Positions 13,101 through 25,000 of a stretch of DNA of 64,000 nt are shown here, one piece after another. The number at the start of each line of letters is the position of its first letter. Positions within the stretch are counted from its first letter, which is position 1. A program made the translations under genes and the position numbers. This DNA is from Bugula neritina (Eukaryota > Animalia > Bryozoa), in contig OZ037767.1 in NCBI GenBank assembly GCA_964035545.1, positions 28,412,628 through 28,476,627 on the forward strand. The letters are read 5' to 3'. The notes below the pieces were generated by a model. It searched no databases. It was not told the DNA's origin and was given only the letters and a program-made list of their open reading frames with translations.

Positions 13101-16100
13101 AAAGCTAAAGAAGAAGTGGCTTCGTTAAAACAGAAAATTTATGCATTGGAACAGCAGGTTTGCTAATAAAAGTTAAAACCATCTTGAGTTATTTATAGAG
13201 TAGTATTTGATGAGATGTTATATAAAACTATTAGTCATTTTTGTTTTGCTATGTAGGATATGTTTATGTTGTGTCTACTGATTATTGCAGTTTTAAGAAT
13301 AACTGTACAATATTCTAGTGACCCATAAACTTTATAAACATGTGGATGGCAGTCATCAAATGTTACTTTATTTTGTAATATTGATTAGTTGTGAGTAAAA
13401 GTTGAACTAATTACTGTATACCATTCAAATTCCCTTTGTTTTATCAATTTGACAAATTACTGGCGTTGTAAATTCAGATTTATCTCCCCTGATGTTACCA
13501 GTGCATTGATTTATATTGCGTTGTGTATGTAATGCATTGTTCATGACTAATACAATGCTGGTCTAGTAATAATATGAGAGGATTAGATTGTCATGCGTAA
13601 CGCTATATGATTGGATCGTGATAAATGTTGTATGTCGTTCAATTGTGTATTTTTCTTGTAGACTAAGTCTGCAGCCGATAAGAGTGACGAGACGTTAAAA
13701 GTGAGAACTCAGTCTATTATAACAGCTCAATTGTATTCGATTCATGTAAACTTGCATTTTGTCACTTGTTACATAATATTTACACCAAAGTTAGTTACTA
13801 AAAAATTATTTGTTTTTTTGCCAGTCACAAATTTTGGAATTGGAAGAAGATAACTTCAAATTAGCAGAAAGTGTTCGACTTCTAAAGGCAGATATTCAGG
13901 AAAAGGATGAATTAGTGTTACAAGCGGAAACGGAAAAAGAAGACATTGAAAAAGATTTAAAAAATCTACAAAAGAAAATAAAGGAAATGGAACAAGACAA
14001 GATTGTGAGAGGAAGGAAACAGATTGAGGTGGCCGGACAGCTGGAGACAATGCGCAGCGAGCATGAACTGTTGTTAGCAGACTTTAAAGAATTGTCTTCT
14101 TCTAGCACTCAGTTGCAGACGGAATATGACTCATTGCTGGAGCAACACAACACAGTAAATCAGAATAAAATAAATTTGATGAACAGCAATGAAGAGTTGT
14201 CTGCACACTGTGAAAAATTAAATGAAGAGCTAAAAGTCGCAAAAAGCAATCAAAGTAGACTTGAGGATGAGCTAGAGACTTTCAAGGGGAAACAACTTCA
14301 ACGTGATAGCAAGGTGAGTACTAACATTTCTAAGTTACTTACGAGGCAATACAGTTGGCGATGTTCAAACTGTAAATAATAATCTAATCAACATAGTGGA
14401 TATTTCATTATTTACTTGTGATTGATTCTTTGTTCTTCCTGTAAATGTACTTAGCAATGTCATATCTGATACCCTACACTTCTGAAGTAATTGATGCTAT
14501 TAACACTACCACATTAGTTCATTCATGTGTAGAGTATAATCTACATGTTAATATATTCCATGTAGCAGAATATATGAATTCATCATTTATTGATTTGCTT
14601 CCTTGAAGATAATAATATATTGAATTGACACGCTACTATTGAATAAAGTTGTATAATGAATACAATGCAAGTCATCTTCTAATTCATGCATCATATGCAC
14701 CAGACAGTATCACAGTATCTAGCGTTTAGTTAGTTGTATTATTCTCACAGGAGTGCTTGTAAAGTAGGTGGTAAGACAAAGTTTATTACCTCTCTGTTAT
14801 ATAATCAGGAGCTTTAATAATTATTGCCTTCCACAAAATCATAAAACTGTAATCTAAATCTATTATTCCATACACACAAGGTTGTTTTAAGTTGTTTTTT
14901 AATTTTTGACCTGTCTTTCTATATTTTGTATATAGTTTGAATATTTTATTTCACAAGTTTAAACATTTATAAAAGCAGCTAAAAGTCTGTGAATTTGCTA
15001 GATAAACTAAGGGTTTCCCTGTTTCACATCTGGATAGACTAGGGTTTCCCTGTTCCACATCTAGATAGACTAGGGTTTCCCTGTTCCACATTTAGATAGA
15101 CTAGGGTTTCCCTTGTTTCACATCTAGATAGATTAAGATTTCCCTGCTTCACATAGAATGCAGACTCTAGTAAACTTTGTAGGGCTCGCTAACTCGTTCT
15201 GCACACTCAACAAGTGAGTTGCAGGGGATTAAAGAAAAGCTGCAAGAAATTACTGAACAGTACAGCACTGCAAAGGTACCATCTTTTGTATTTATGTTAT
15301 TTACTCTGTTGTTGAGTGTCTGTTAACCAATGAGTTCAACCCGCCAGTTTCAGCTACTGCGTAAAGAGTTGCAAGCTTTACACTAAGGAATTCTTCACTG
15401 TCTACAATTAGAACTTAGAATAATGGAAGCAGTATATAGCAGTAATAGAGTAATAGAATAGTTATTGGAAGGGAGTATATTTAGCTATGAGTATAAGAGT
15501 AATATGTTGTATATAGTAGGTATTTAATAGACGTATATTTAGCTATCAGTACACACCTTCAGTTTCTTTATGGATTTCTGTTACCTGTTAAGGATTGTGT
15601 CAAGCAGAGCTTTTTAATTTCGAAAGTTTTTTAGTCCTTTTTTACACTAAAACACCTATTCCCTCATTCTAACTATCACTATGTAGGGAGACAGAATATG
15701 CTTTCATATGATGTGTTTCTTTGACTTTATGAAGTTATTTTTTCTTATTTACATCATGCACGGTGGGTGTAATTTACCAAGTTGTCAAAACTATCTATTT
15801 ATTATTTGGAGTTTTCTTGTCAAAATCAATTCTCACTGACTTCTAGATGGAGTGGGAATCTGCTATAAAGGAGAAAGAAGAGGTCAATGTGGACTTGGGT
15901 GAGAGAGTGATACTGCTAGAGAAAGCAGCTGAACAGCTCGAGATTGACAACAGAGAGTTGGCCAAGAAGCTGCAGGAATCTCTGACTCACGCTGATCTCA
16001 TAGATGGCAGCGACCAGTGGCAGCACCTCCAGTGTAAGTTTACTTTCTGCAGCACCTCCAGTGTAAGTTTACTTTCTGCAGCACCTCCAGTGTAAGTTTA

Positions 16101-19100
16101 CTGCCTACAGCACCTCCAGTGTAAGTTTAGTGTCTGCAGCACCTCCAGTGTAAGTTTACTTTCTGCAGCACCTCCAGTGTAAGTTTATTGTCTGCAGCAC
16201 CTCCAGTGTAAGTTTACTGTCTGCAGCACCTCCAGTGTAAGTTTACTGTCTGCAGCACCTTCAGTGTAAGTTTACTGTCTGCAGCACCTCCAGTGTAAGT
16301 TTACTGTCTGCAGCACCTCCAGTGTAAGTTTACTTTCTGCAGCTAACTTGCGGAAATGTTTGCAATAACAGTTATTATTCATCGTCTTCTCTAAACATTT
16401 TACAGGACATTGAATAAGTTTCAACTGTATAATTGATAGTCATGAAAAGTAACCGTTAGGTTTTGAATTTTGATTTATTCACTTACGATATTTGGGTACA
16501 GCGATATTTGGGTACAGCGATATTTGGGTACAGCGTACAACTGTTGTTGAATTAATTTGATAAATTTAACAATTATGCGATGATGTTTGTAATTTTTATA
16601 AAAAATTAGAAACTTGTAATTTCATTAAAAGGTATTAAAGTATACTGCGATTTTAAATGTTAAAGTTGTAGAGGGTATAACTCCTATAATTTCACAATAA
16701 AATAGCATAAAACAGCAGTGTTAAGGTAGATGCTGAGCTTTGATAATGGAGGAATTTACACTTAATAGTTGGTCCAATCATCTGAAAAGCAGTTTACTGT
16801 TGATGGGTTACTTTAGCATTGGTTCTCCACTATTAATTTCTAGCCTCCAACTCCAAGCTGCAAGACCAGCTGGATGTGCAGAAGAAATACAGTGAAACTC
16901 TTGAAAAAGAAGCCTCGGCTCTCCAGGAGAAGTTGAAGGATAAAGAGAATGAAATCACCTTATTGAAAACAGAACTATCGGAGCTGAAGCTATCGAGTAC
17001 TCAGCAGACCGACTCTCTGCAGGAGAGAGTGAAACAACTCAGCAAAGAGAACAACATTATTCAGGAGCAGCTGTCCTCACAGACGAATGTAAGTCTCAGC
17101 TCCTGTGTTTTGATGCTTACATTTAGGTCTTGGCACTAAAACCAGCCTGAGCCATCACATTTGTCAGTTGAAATTGTCTAGATCTCTTTCCTTAGTTACT
17201 TCAAAATGAATAAGTTAATGAAAAAACACGTAGCATAAGTAAAATATTGCGTTGCTTTAAAACTTTCCAGATAGTAGCCATGTGTGCTATCACAGCAATA
17301 GTAAAATATAGCTAGGAAAATAGCATTAAATACACAATAAGCTAAAGTAACTAGGAGAAAGCTTCAGATATACAAAGTAAAGCATAGCAAGATATTGTAA
17401 CTAAAAGACAGTTCTCTATACATAATATGGCAAGTCTATGCAATGTTCCAACATATATTCTTTTCTTTTAATCAAAAAGGCTGTTTGGAAAGTTGATTTA
17501 GAGAAAATAATTTATTTCAGGAGTTTTCCCCACTACGTTCAGAGTTGCTCAAAGTGCAAACCTCACTAGAAGAAGAAAAGTTTAAATACAAGTTGTTGGA
17601 GAGTCAAAATACGAAGCTTCAAGATGAATTTGATTTGGTTTGTTGACATTTGCAATTTAGCCTCTTAATAGAATTTTACTATTGTTTCTCTAAAAGTGTT
17701 TGTAATGTTGAAGTTACTGTATATAGTTTATAGTAACTAGTCTTTTTTGTTTTATTCTCCACACAACCTGTTTCAACAGTTTTAAAAAACTTAGCTTAGT
17801 CATTCATTATGTGAAAAACTTGTTTGTAAAAAAATAGAACCCATGTGACTTAATAATCTTTCTCTATATCATTTTGTTATAATTCATTCACTTGATGAAA
17901 CTATTATTTTTTTATTTTACACATTTTAAAAAATGTTTCCCATTATTTGCGATTTTTAGTATTTTTGGACATTGAATTTTATATTTAATTTTCAAATGCT
18001 GTTTGCATATCGAATGGCTTAATGATGTCCCCCAGACTATATTTTCAGACTGTGTCCTCAGGCTATGACTTATTTTATGTCCTCAGGCTAATGGCAGACT
18101 GAAAGAGGCCAATGAGAGGAGAGTACAGGTGGAGTTGGAGAACCAGAGATTGTCTGCTGAGTTGAAGGAGACGCTGTCAGCTAAGGATGACTCACTCATC
18201 ACCAGCATGCAAGACACCGACTGCAACAAGGCACTGGAACTGGCCGACGTCAGAATTTCTTCCTTAGAAAAACAGGTCTACTTTTCTGGAAAATATTCTT
18301 ACGATACCTTGAACCACCAAGTTTAAAATGTATGAAATGGGACTGGCTGTGTTATTTGCTGACTTTTTAGTCACTTTGTTTATTAGTCAACAGCAGACTT
18401 GTATCATTTCCAGGTTTGTGCTTCAGATGAACAAATGTAGTATATATTGTGATTTTGAAGAAATAATTATTATTTTAGAGAGATGAACTGAGAACTTCTC
18501 TACAGCAAGTCACGTTGGAGCTTCACCACACAACCCAATCTGTTAACGATGTTTCAGAACTAAAACTGGAACTACAGGCTAAGAAAGATGAAATTGCTCG
18601 ACTAAAAGCTAAAATAGAAGCTGCTGAATCGCAGAGGTGGGGATATTTCTGTCCTAGAATATATACGTATTATGTAATTACCTGAATTCAAAATGGAACT
18701 TCGTGGACAGCTGGTTTAGTCTAGTAAGAATGTGACTCTGCAGTGTGCACAACTTTAATAACCTTTTGACTAGAAACTCTTACACGAATGATGTTATACA
18801 TGGGTCAATTTTTTTTAAGTGTGTACTGCTCTCACTTTTAGCAAATTATATAATTTTTTTAATTAGTTTCAATTTTTGAGTATTTATGTTAGATATTGTG
18901 CTTTTGTAAAGCTTTCCAGCTGTATGCTCAGAATATTGTTGTCTTCATATCTGGATATATTATTCAAGTTAGCTTTCTACAAGTTCAATACATTCTATTT
19001 CACAGAAATGATAATAATAGTAACATAATGATAATAGTAATAATGTTATAGATTATAAATTTGTGGAGTTGAACACAGTATGATATAATCCTATGGGTTA

Positions 19101-21236
19101 TAATTAAAGATAATAACAATGTAGTATAATGTCAGGATAATACAACAGTTTTCGCTATTCACAACTTCCTGTATAGATTGGAGTGATTCACAGGGTGTAA
19201 CTCTGTCTTTTTTCAGGTCTCGGGAAGATCAAAAGAATGAAGAATTACGACAGAGCCTGACGTCGACCAATCAGAGAGAGTCTCTCTTACAGGAGCAGAC
19301 CAACGACTTCCGACTGAAGATATTAGACATGGAGTCTAAACTTATCAAGTTACAGAATGAGAAATCCGCTATTCAGCAACAGGTACATTGGAATTTATTG
19401 CTACTTCTTTTATTGATCTTAATTTAAAATTTTTTTAATGTTCTTCAATGCTTTCCTAACATGTGCTCACAGAAAGAGTATTTATTTAGTGTGTTTTACT
19501 GTAATATTAGTTTTCATTATGTTTATAGAACTCAAGCTAAAATTTAGCTTCTTAGTCTAAAGTTTGAATTAGCCTTGTGGCCTCTCTGTATGTTTGTGAA
19601 GTTTGTGTGTCTCCACGGTAACGGAACTTTTCAAGAATTTCATGCTGTGTGTTTTTAAGCTAATTTGGTGATCTCTTTGTGGGCTAATAGGGTGACAAAA
19701 GTGAGCTCATGTATGCCCTGTTTTGGTAAAAACCGATGATGACTGGTATATGTCTATTGTGTTGTACTGAGTCTACTTGTTACAGCTGAATGCTATGGAG
19801 TCAAAGAACTCTACTATAACTCAGAAATTAACAGATATGAGAAATGAAAAGGAGACTTTAGAGATCGAGTTGCAAGCAGCCAATGAGAAGTTGCAGTTGA
19901 GTAGACAGAAATATGAACAGAGAAAAAACAGGCATCGAGTTAGAGTTAGGAGTGCAAGGTAACTGACGGCTGCTGCCGTATTGAGTGATAGTGATGCCAT
20001 GTTGGCTATTGCCGTGTTGACTTCTACTTTGTTGGGTGCTGCAATAATTGTGTTTAACAGTGTGAGGTACCCTATTTGTGAATGTAATTATTAGTGGTGT
20101 TGACTGTAGTGGTAGAGACATTTTCTTAGTTGCTATATGAGATGAGAATTGCTGTGATGGGGGTGATAGTGGTTTGATTTATACTGAAGCTTTGTGACTT
20201 CTTCTCCAGAGTTCACTATGACACAGAAGTAGCCAAGCTGAAAGACAAGATGGAGTATCTGAACCGAGACGTGACACTCCTCAAACAGTCTCTAGAATTG
20301 GAACAGGAACTAAAGCTACAGAGTGAAACTAAATGCTCGACGTTAATAGCCAACCACCGGAACTTACTCTCAAAGTAAGTGAGGCAAAGTGGCTTTCAAT
20401 GTTGTTACGTTATGCTGAAAATATTTTACTATCTAATAGCGATTCTTGTAGACTATAACTAAAAATATAACTATGACTAGAGAATATCGTCTTTTTAAAT
20501 CTGTAAGATTTATTCTCAAAAACCCTCAATATTTAAAGTTTTATCAATTATAGCGAAAATCTGAAAAATATCCGTTAGGCATTCGCTTAGTATGCTATAA
20601 AGTTGTCTTATCTTGCTGGGTATTGTTCCAGACAAGTAGATCTTGAAGACGAGATCAGAGAACGTAACAGAGGTATAACCCTCCTCCAGACTAAGCTGCA
20701 ATACACTGAGCAGGAGAACAAACAGCTCAATGAGCTCTGCAATCAACTGAAGATGTCTCCAGCATTGCCTCAAGGTCTAGAGGTCTTGGACAGCCTCATG
20801 AGCAAACAGGTGTGTAGCGCGCATACATGATATATACTAACATATATAGCAACAGAGACTGTTGTGGCATTTCTTATGTCTATCTAAACTGTGCCGAATA
20901 ACAATCTGTGAAATTAAGATGAATTTATGATCATCTTGACTAAAGATGTATAATAATGGCTTGCTTTCACATTTGCACTTATCTGTAGTTTTTATTTAGT
21001 GTAATAAATTCGTTTACTATAAGTGTAGATGTGCAAAGTAAAAGTAATTTTAATAAAGAAATATATTGCATATTATGTAACATGAGTAACAATTTACAGA
21101 CTGTTACTATTGGAGATTTGTTCAAGAAATCCTTTTCCCCATTATCATATTACAAACTTTCCCTAAGCGTGTGCTTGCAGTTGATCTGTGTTATCTTTAG
21201 AGCAGATGGCCTCTCTCTGACGGAGTGAAAAACTGA
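4128..21236 (+). CDS. CCDC30: CCDC30-like large coiled-coil protein, 24 coding exons, ~1349 aa
   Basis: Phase-consistent GT-AG exon chain: 4128-4241, 4538-4712, 5266-5393, 6794-6866, 7476-7555, 9882-9968, 10704-10903, 11396-11867, 12067-12264, 12549-12686, 13008-13157, 13662-13700, 13825-14313, 15183-15275, 15847-16033, 16844-17088, 17521-17637, 18087-18275, 18479-18636, 19217-19382, 19786-19958, 20210-20374, 20632-20809, 21201-21236 (4050 nt). The N-terminus (LREEGVD..LYVWKLYLASE..EIREIEAYVEEIKTLADERESLTFEFEKEN..EQVAFLLVERAKLLD) resembles long CCDC30 isoforms from memory. The rest is heptad-rich E/K/L/Q. The last-exon acceptor is ambiguous. Confidence 0.8.
7868..8075 (+). repeat. 16-bp minisatellite (TTTACTGTGCCTACAG), ~10 copies plus ~3 degenerate 15-bp copies
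   Basis: Direct tandem repeat visible in a CCDC30-like intron. Confidence 0.95.
12675..12778 (+). repeat. ~17-bp tandem repeat (TTACTACAGCAGGTAAA) x6 duplicating a 5' splice site
   Basis: AG|GT motifs with GT at 12687, 12704, 12722, 12739, 12756 and 12773. The first copy is the exon 12549-12686 donor. Confidence 0.9.
14999..15155 (+). repeat. 31-bp minisatellite (TAGATAGACTAGGGTTTCCCTGTTCCACATC), ~5 copies
   Basis: Tandem copies lie just upstream of the acceptor at 15182. Confidence 0.9.
16019..16343 (+). repeat. 29-bp minisatellite (CAGCACCTCCAGTGTAAGTTTACTKTCTG) x11 spanning an exon-intron junction
   Basis: Period of 29 from 16021. The first copy contains the true donor CAGT|GTAAGT at 16033/16034. 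Confidence 0.95.
16487..16535 (+). repeat. 16-bp repeat (CGATATTTGGGTACAG) x3
   Basis: Direct tandem repeat. Confidence 0.9.
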
Positions 21237-21793
21237 GAGCTGCCTGAATTCCTTCACTTACCCCTACCCTTCATTTACACCTACCCTTCACCATCTGTAG
21301 ATACCGTGACAGCTGAAAGATCTTATTACTCTGACATTACTGCAGAAGCACAGCTTATAATGTTTTGTTGCAATGGCTCTGTATGTTTAAAACAATCATT
21401 CGTCATATCAAACAGTTTATGCAAACTTTAAAGAATTCAGTAGTAAATATTTGTTCTAAAATTGCATAGTTTTCAGAGATTTTTAGGACCAATAACTTTT
21501 GCAATACTCAATGATTTTGTGAAGCCTTCTTACTTGATGAAATATTATGCTTAGCATTGTATGATAAATCTGGCAATCTATTTATGAAGTTGATATATCT
21601 GATAATCTACATTACCATTATATGTATGCAATTTATTATTTTAACAGTACTAGTTGCTTTTAGAAATTTATAGTCCGTCCATTTTTTATATTTTTTGCTC
21701 TTAGAACTGATTATCCAATCATAACCGTCCATGCCACTTGTTATAAAAACACATGAATTTTATGATATATGTTGCTATTGATAGTTTTTTAAT

Positions 21794-21799
21794 AATAAA
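21794..21799 (+). terminator. candidate polyadenylation signal of the CCDC30-like gene
   Basis: AATAAA ~560 nt after the stop, followed by a GT/T-rich tract. Confidence 0.5.
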
Positions 21800-21919
21800 A
21801 TTATTACTTCAAAATGCATTTGTCATGGTTTTGTTGAGAACATTATGTTTGGCCAATCATTAACGACTTAAGTTCAGTATTTTGCTGGCAAGAAAACAGC
21901 TGTTCAAGTTTAAAACATT

Positions 21920-21925
21920 TTTATT
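21920..21925 (-). terminator. candidate polyadenylation signal of the GPCR gene
   Basis: TTTATT on plus (AATAAA on minus), ~95 nt after the GPCR stop. Confidence 0.5.
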
Positions 21926-22018
21926 CGTAATGGTTATCTGCACTTGTGATGAGTCATGTCACACCCATAATGCTAGATTCCAATCTTTCGGTTGATCTTT
22001 TTTAAACATCCGTCTCTT

Positions 22019-25000
22019 TCAAATTCTTGACTCTGTGTAACCCACAACCTTTGTCTTGTTCAACGCCTCTTCTGCCAGCCTCTTCTCTAACTTATCAAAA
22101 TCTTTCTTGTGTTCCATTCTCCTGCAAACAGTGCAAATATCTGAACATGTATTAAAACAGATGAATGTATGGCATGCATTATTCTTGCATACTATTATGT
22201 ATCTTGGATATCAGCTAATGTATGCAAGCTTTGTTCAAAGTGACAAAGTACAATTGGGGAAAATAGAGTCGATATAAGAGCACAAGCTATGTTTGATAAT
22301 AAATTTAGCTGAAATGTAACCATAAAGATAACAAATTCTGAATTCATGCTTCATCATTGGATAATTCTGGTTGCTTAGTAACCTTTCCTTAAACTGTTAC
22401 AAGTTTTGTTGACAGTTGACTATAAGATAATTGGTCAAAAGAGTAAATTCCTTACTCTAGATTGAATACTAATCTTTATATCTACAGCATATCTTACCAT
22501 ACCCAACAAGTAGCCATCATTTACAACCTCAACACTTCAACCCACCTTAAGTATTGCCTGTAAATGCCTCTTAGTTTTTTCCAATATTGGTTTGCCACCT
22601 TTTCACGAAACACCTCATGCCATACCATGTACGTAATAAATGCAGCAAAAGCAGCGTGTAGTGTACTGAGCAGAGTGGTGATAACTTCAGCTGCCTCGGC
22701 TGCCGCATCGTAACCACTGAAATAATTATTTGACAACACAACTATACATGCATCTGGGTTGTGTACATTATTGTGTGAATATGTATAATGTCTGTAATTG
22801 TAGTTCTTGGTAAGTTTAAATTTTGCTAGTAAATTGCTCATCTAAAGCAATAATACAACTAATATAGCAATTAAGGGAATGTTGATCTGCATTGTAGTAA
22901 TACCAGCTTTGAAGGTCTTGTTGGTTGCAAATATTACATTTATCGCACCATTTTTTCATTGAAAAATTGTAAATGAAAAAATTTGGGCAGATTATCCGGA
23001 CTGATAGAGGTGGTAAGAGTAGCCAATCAACACATTTTGAATTTTACTGCCATAAAGCATGCTTATAGTCATCTGTTGGCACAGGCCCCACAGCCACTGA
23101 CATATAGTCAATACAGCTTTTTTATTACAATGCTGAGTATTCTAGTTACTACATACATGTCTTTAACAAGGAATTGCAATAGCCAAAGCTTACACAGTAT
23201 GTACTACAAATTTTGCATGAAGAAGTTGTCTCCTCTTTTAATAGAGCAAAAGTTGGAATAACCAAGGGTTTATTTCTCAACCTTGGTTTGGTCAGATGTA
23301 CTCTTACCAAAGTGTTGAGTAGATTTGTTTGACATATTTTTATGAGATTTCTCCGACCGCCCTTGTTGAGGGCAAAATATGTGCAAAATATTTTATATCC
23401 AGTTTTAATGAAAGGGTCAAAGTTCACTTTACATTAGCAAATAAGCTAAAATAAACTTACTTATTGTCCTGAGGTAAAAGATACTGGATGTGTTTAGCTA
23501 TCTGGAAGAACGCCCCAGGAAGTAACAGTATGTAAAACATGAATATTCTTTTATCCAACTCCGTAGTCATTGCTTCATCAGTTTTATACCTGACAATAAG
23601 CAAGTTGAAGGTGGTAACCTACACTCTCCCGTAATATAACATAGTGTGTGTATCAACTCATATCTCGCGTAATATTACAATATATTGCATCACCTGGTTT
23701 ATCTTATTGTTAATATTGTGCATTTAGCAATTATAACAAAGTAACCATAAAGTACACAGCAGAGGCTTTTCCTACTATAAACTTATCTTATAGGTATAGA
23801 AAGCATTCACCTGTACATATTTATTTGCAAAAATTGGTTGGAACAAAAAAGTGGAGAAAAAAAAGAGTTACTGGAAGCATTATGGAATTAAAATATATTT
23901 AAAAGGGTTGCTAAAAATAATTAATTAATGAGGTAAACACTAATATTTTAGCTAGTGCTGTAACCATCTCTCAAGTGCTCTGGGAATGATAACAGTTTCC
24001 AGAATAACAAATCATTTTCACGCTCTCTAATGACACAGAAATTAAACTGCCTGGTGCTAAAAGAGCTTCTATTAAATAGAAAATATTTTGTTTGTTACCA
24101 GCTAATCAAAATTATGGTGTTAAAAAGTATCCGTAAAATGCTATTAAGATTTTTCAGGTTAAAAACACATAGAATAAAGCATCACTATAATGATTGCAAT
24201 TTGGCTTTAAAAACAATGAGAAACTAACAAACCTTTCTCTCATAATACTCTGCTTTGTCTCCCCTTCAGCAAGCTCTACATTATTCAGACTAGAGTGCGT
24301 GCTGTATGTTATTATGGCCAGCCAGATGAATGGCATGATGTAATATATTAGTGACAGCAGGAACACTTGGTACAGCACAATGTAAGCTGAATGCTTACCT
24401 GCAAAGACAGTGCGAAGAACTAGAAATTCTAAGTTGAAGACAAAATAAAGTGCATCTATTTTCATACTGCATATTGAATAATGCAAGTGAAAAGGAAACA
24501 AAAAGAATTAGTGCAATGTTTATTAGTTTGAGGCTGTGGATCTAATTGCTTCACAAGCTGAAGGTAATTTACATCACAGAATGTTTTCTGTATATAATTT
24601 GTCTTGTAAGTAACACTAAGGTATGAATTAAATTATTTTAATTAATTAGTTAGGTTCAGCATACTTTCTCATTAATTTTGTGTTCAAACTAAAGACACTA
24701 TACTGCATACTCACACAATACATATTATAACCAAATTATACTACCAATAAAACATTTGCATTGTGTTTTCTATCCTTCAAACTAGATCAATAAACTAGGT
24801 ACAAGTGTACCTAAGACATTGGGTTCCCTCACTACTATCAACTCTCCCGGATGGCAAGGATCGCTCTCTGAGGTCACTTGGGAGTCAAAGAATTTTGGTA
24901 GATTTACGATAATTCCAAGACAGGTCATCAGTCGCAGTTCATCTCTTGTAGATTTTGCTGTGCATCTACAATTGACAAAACTGATTGGTTGATTGGTTTA

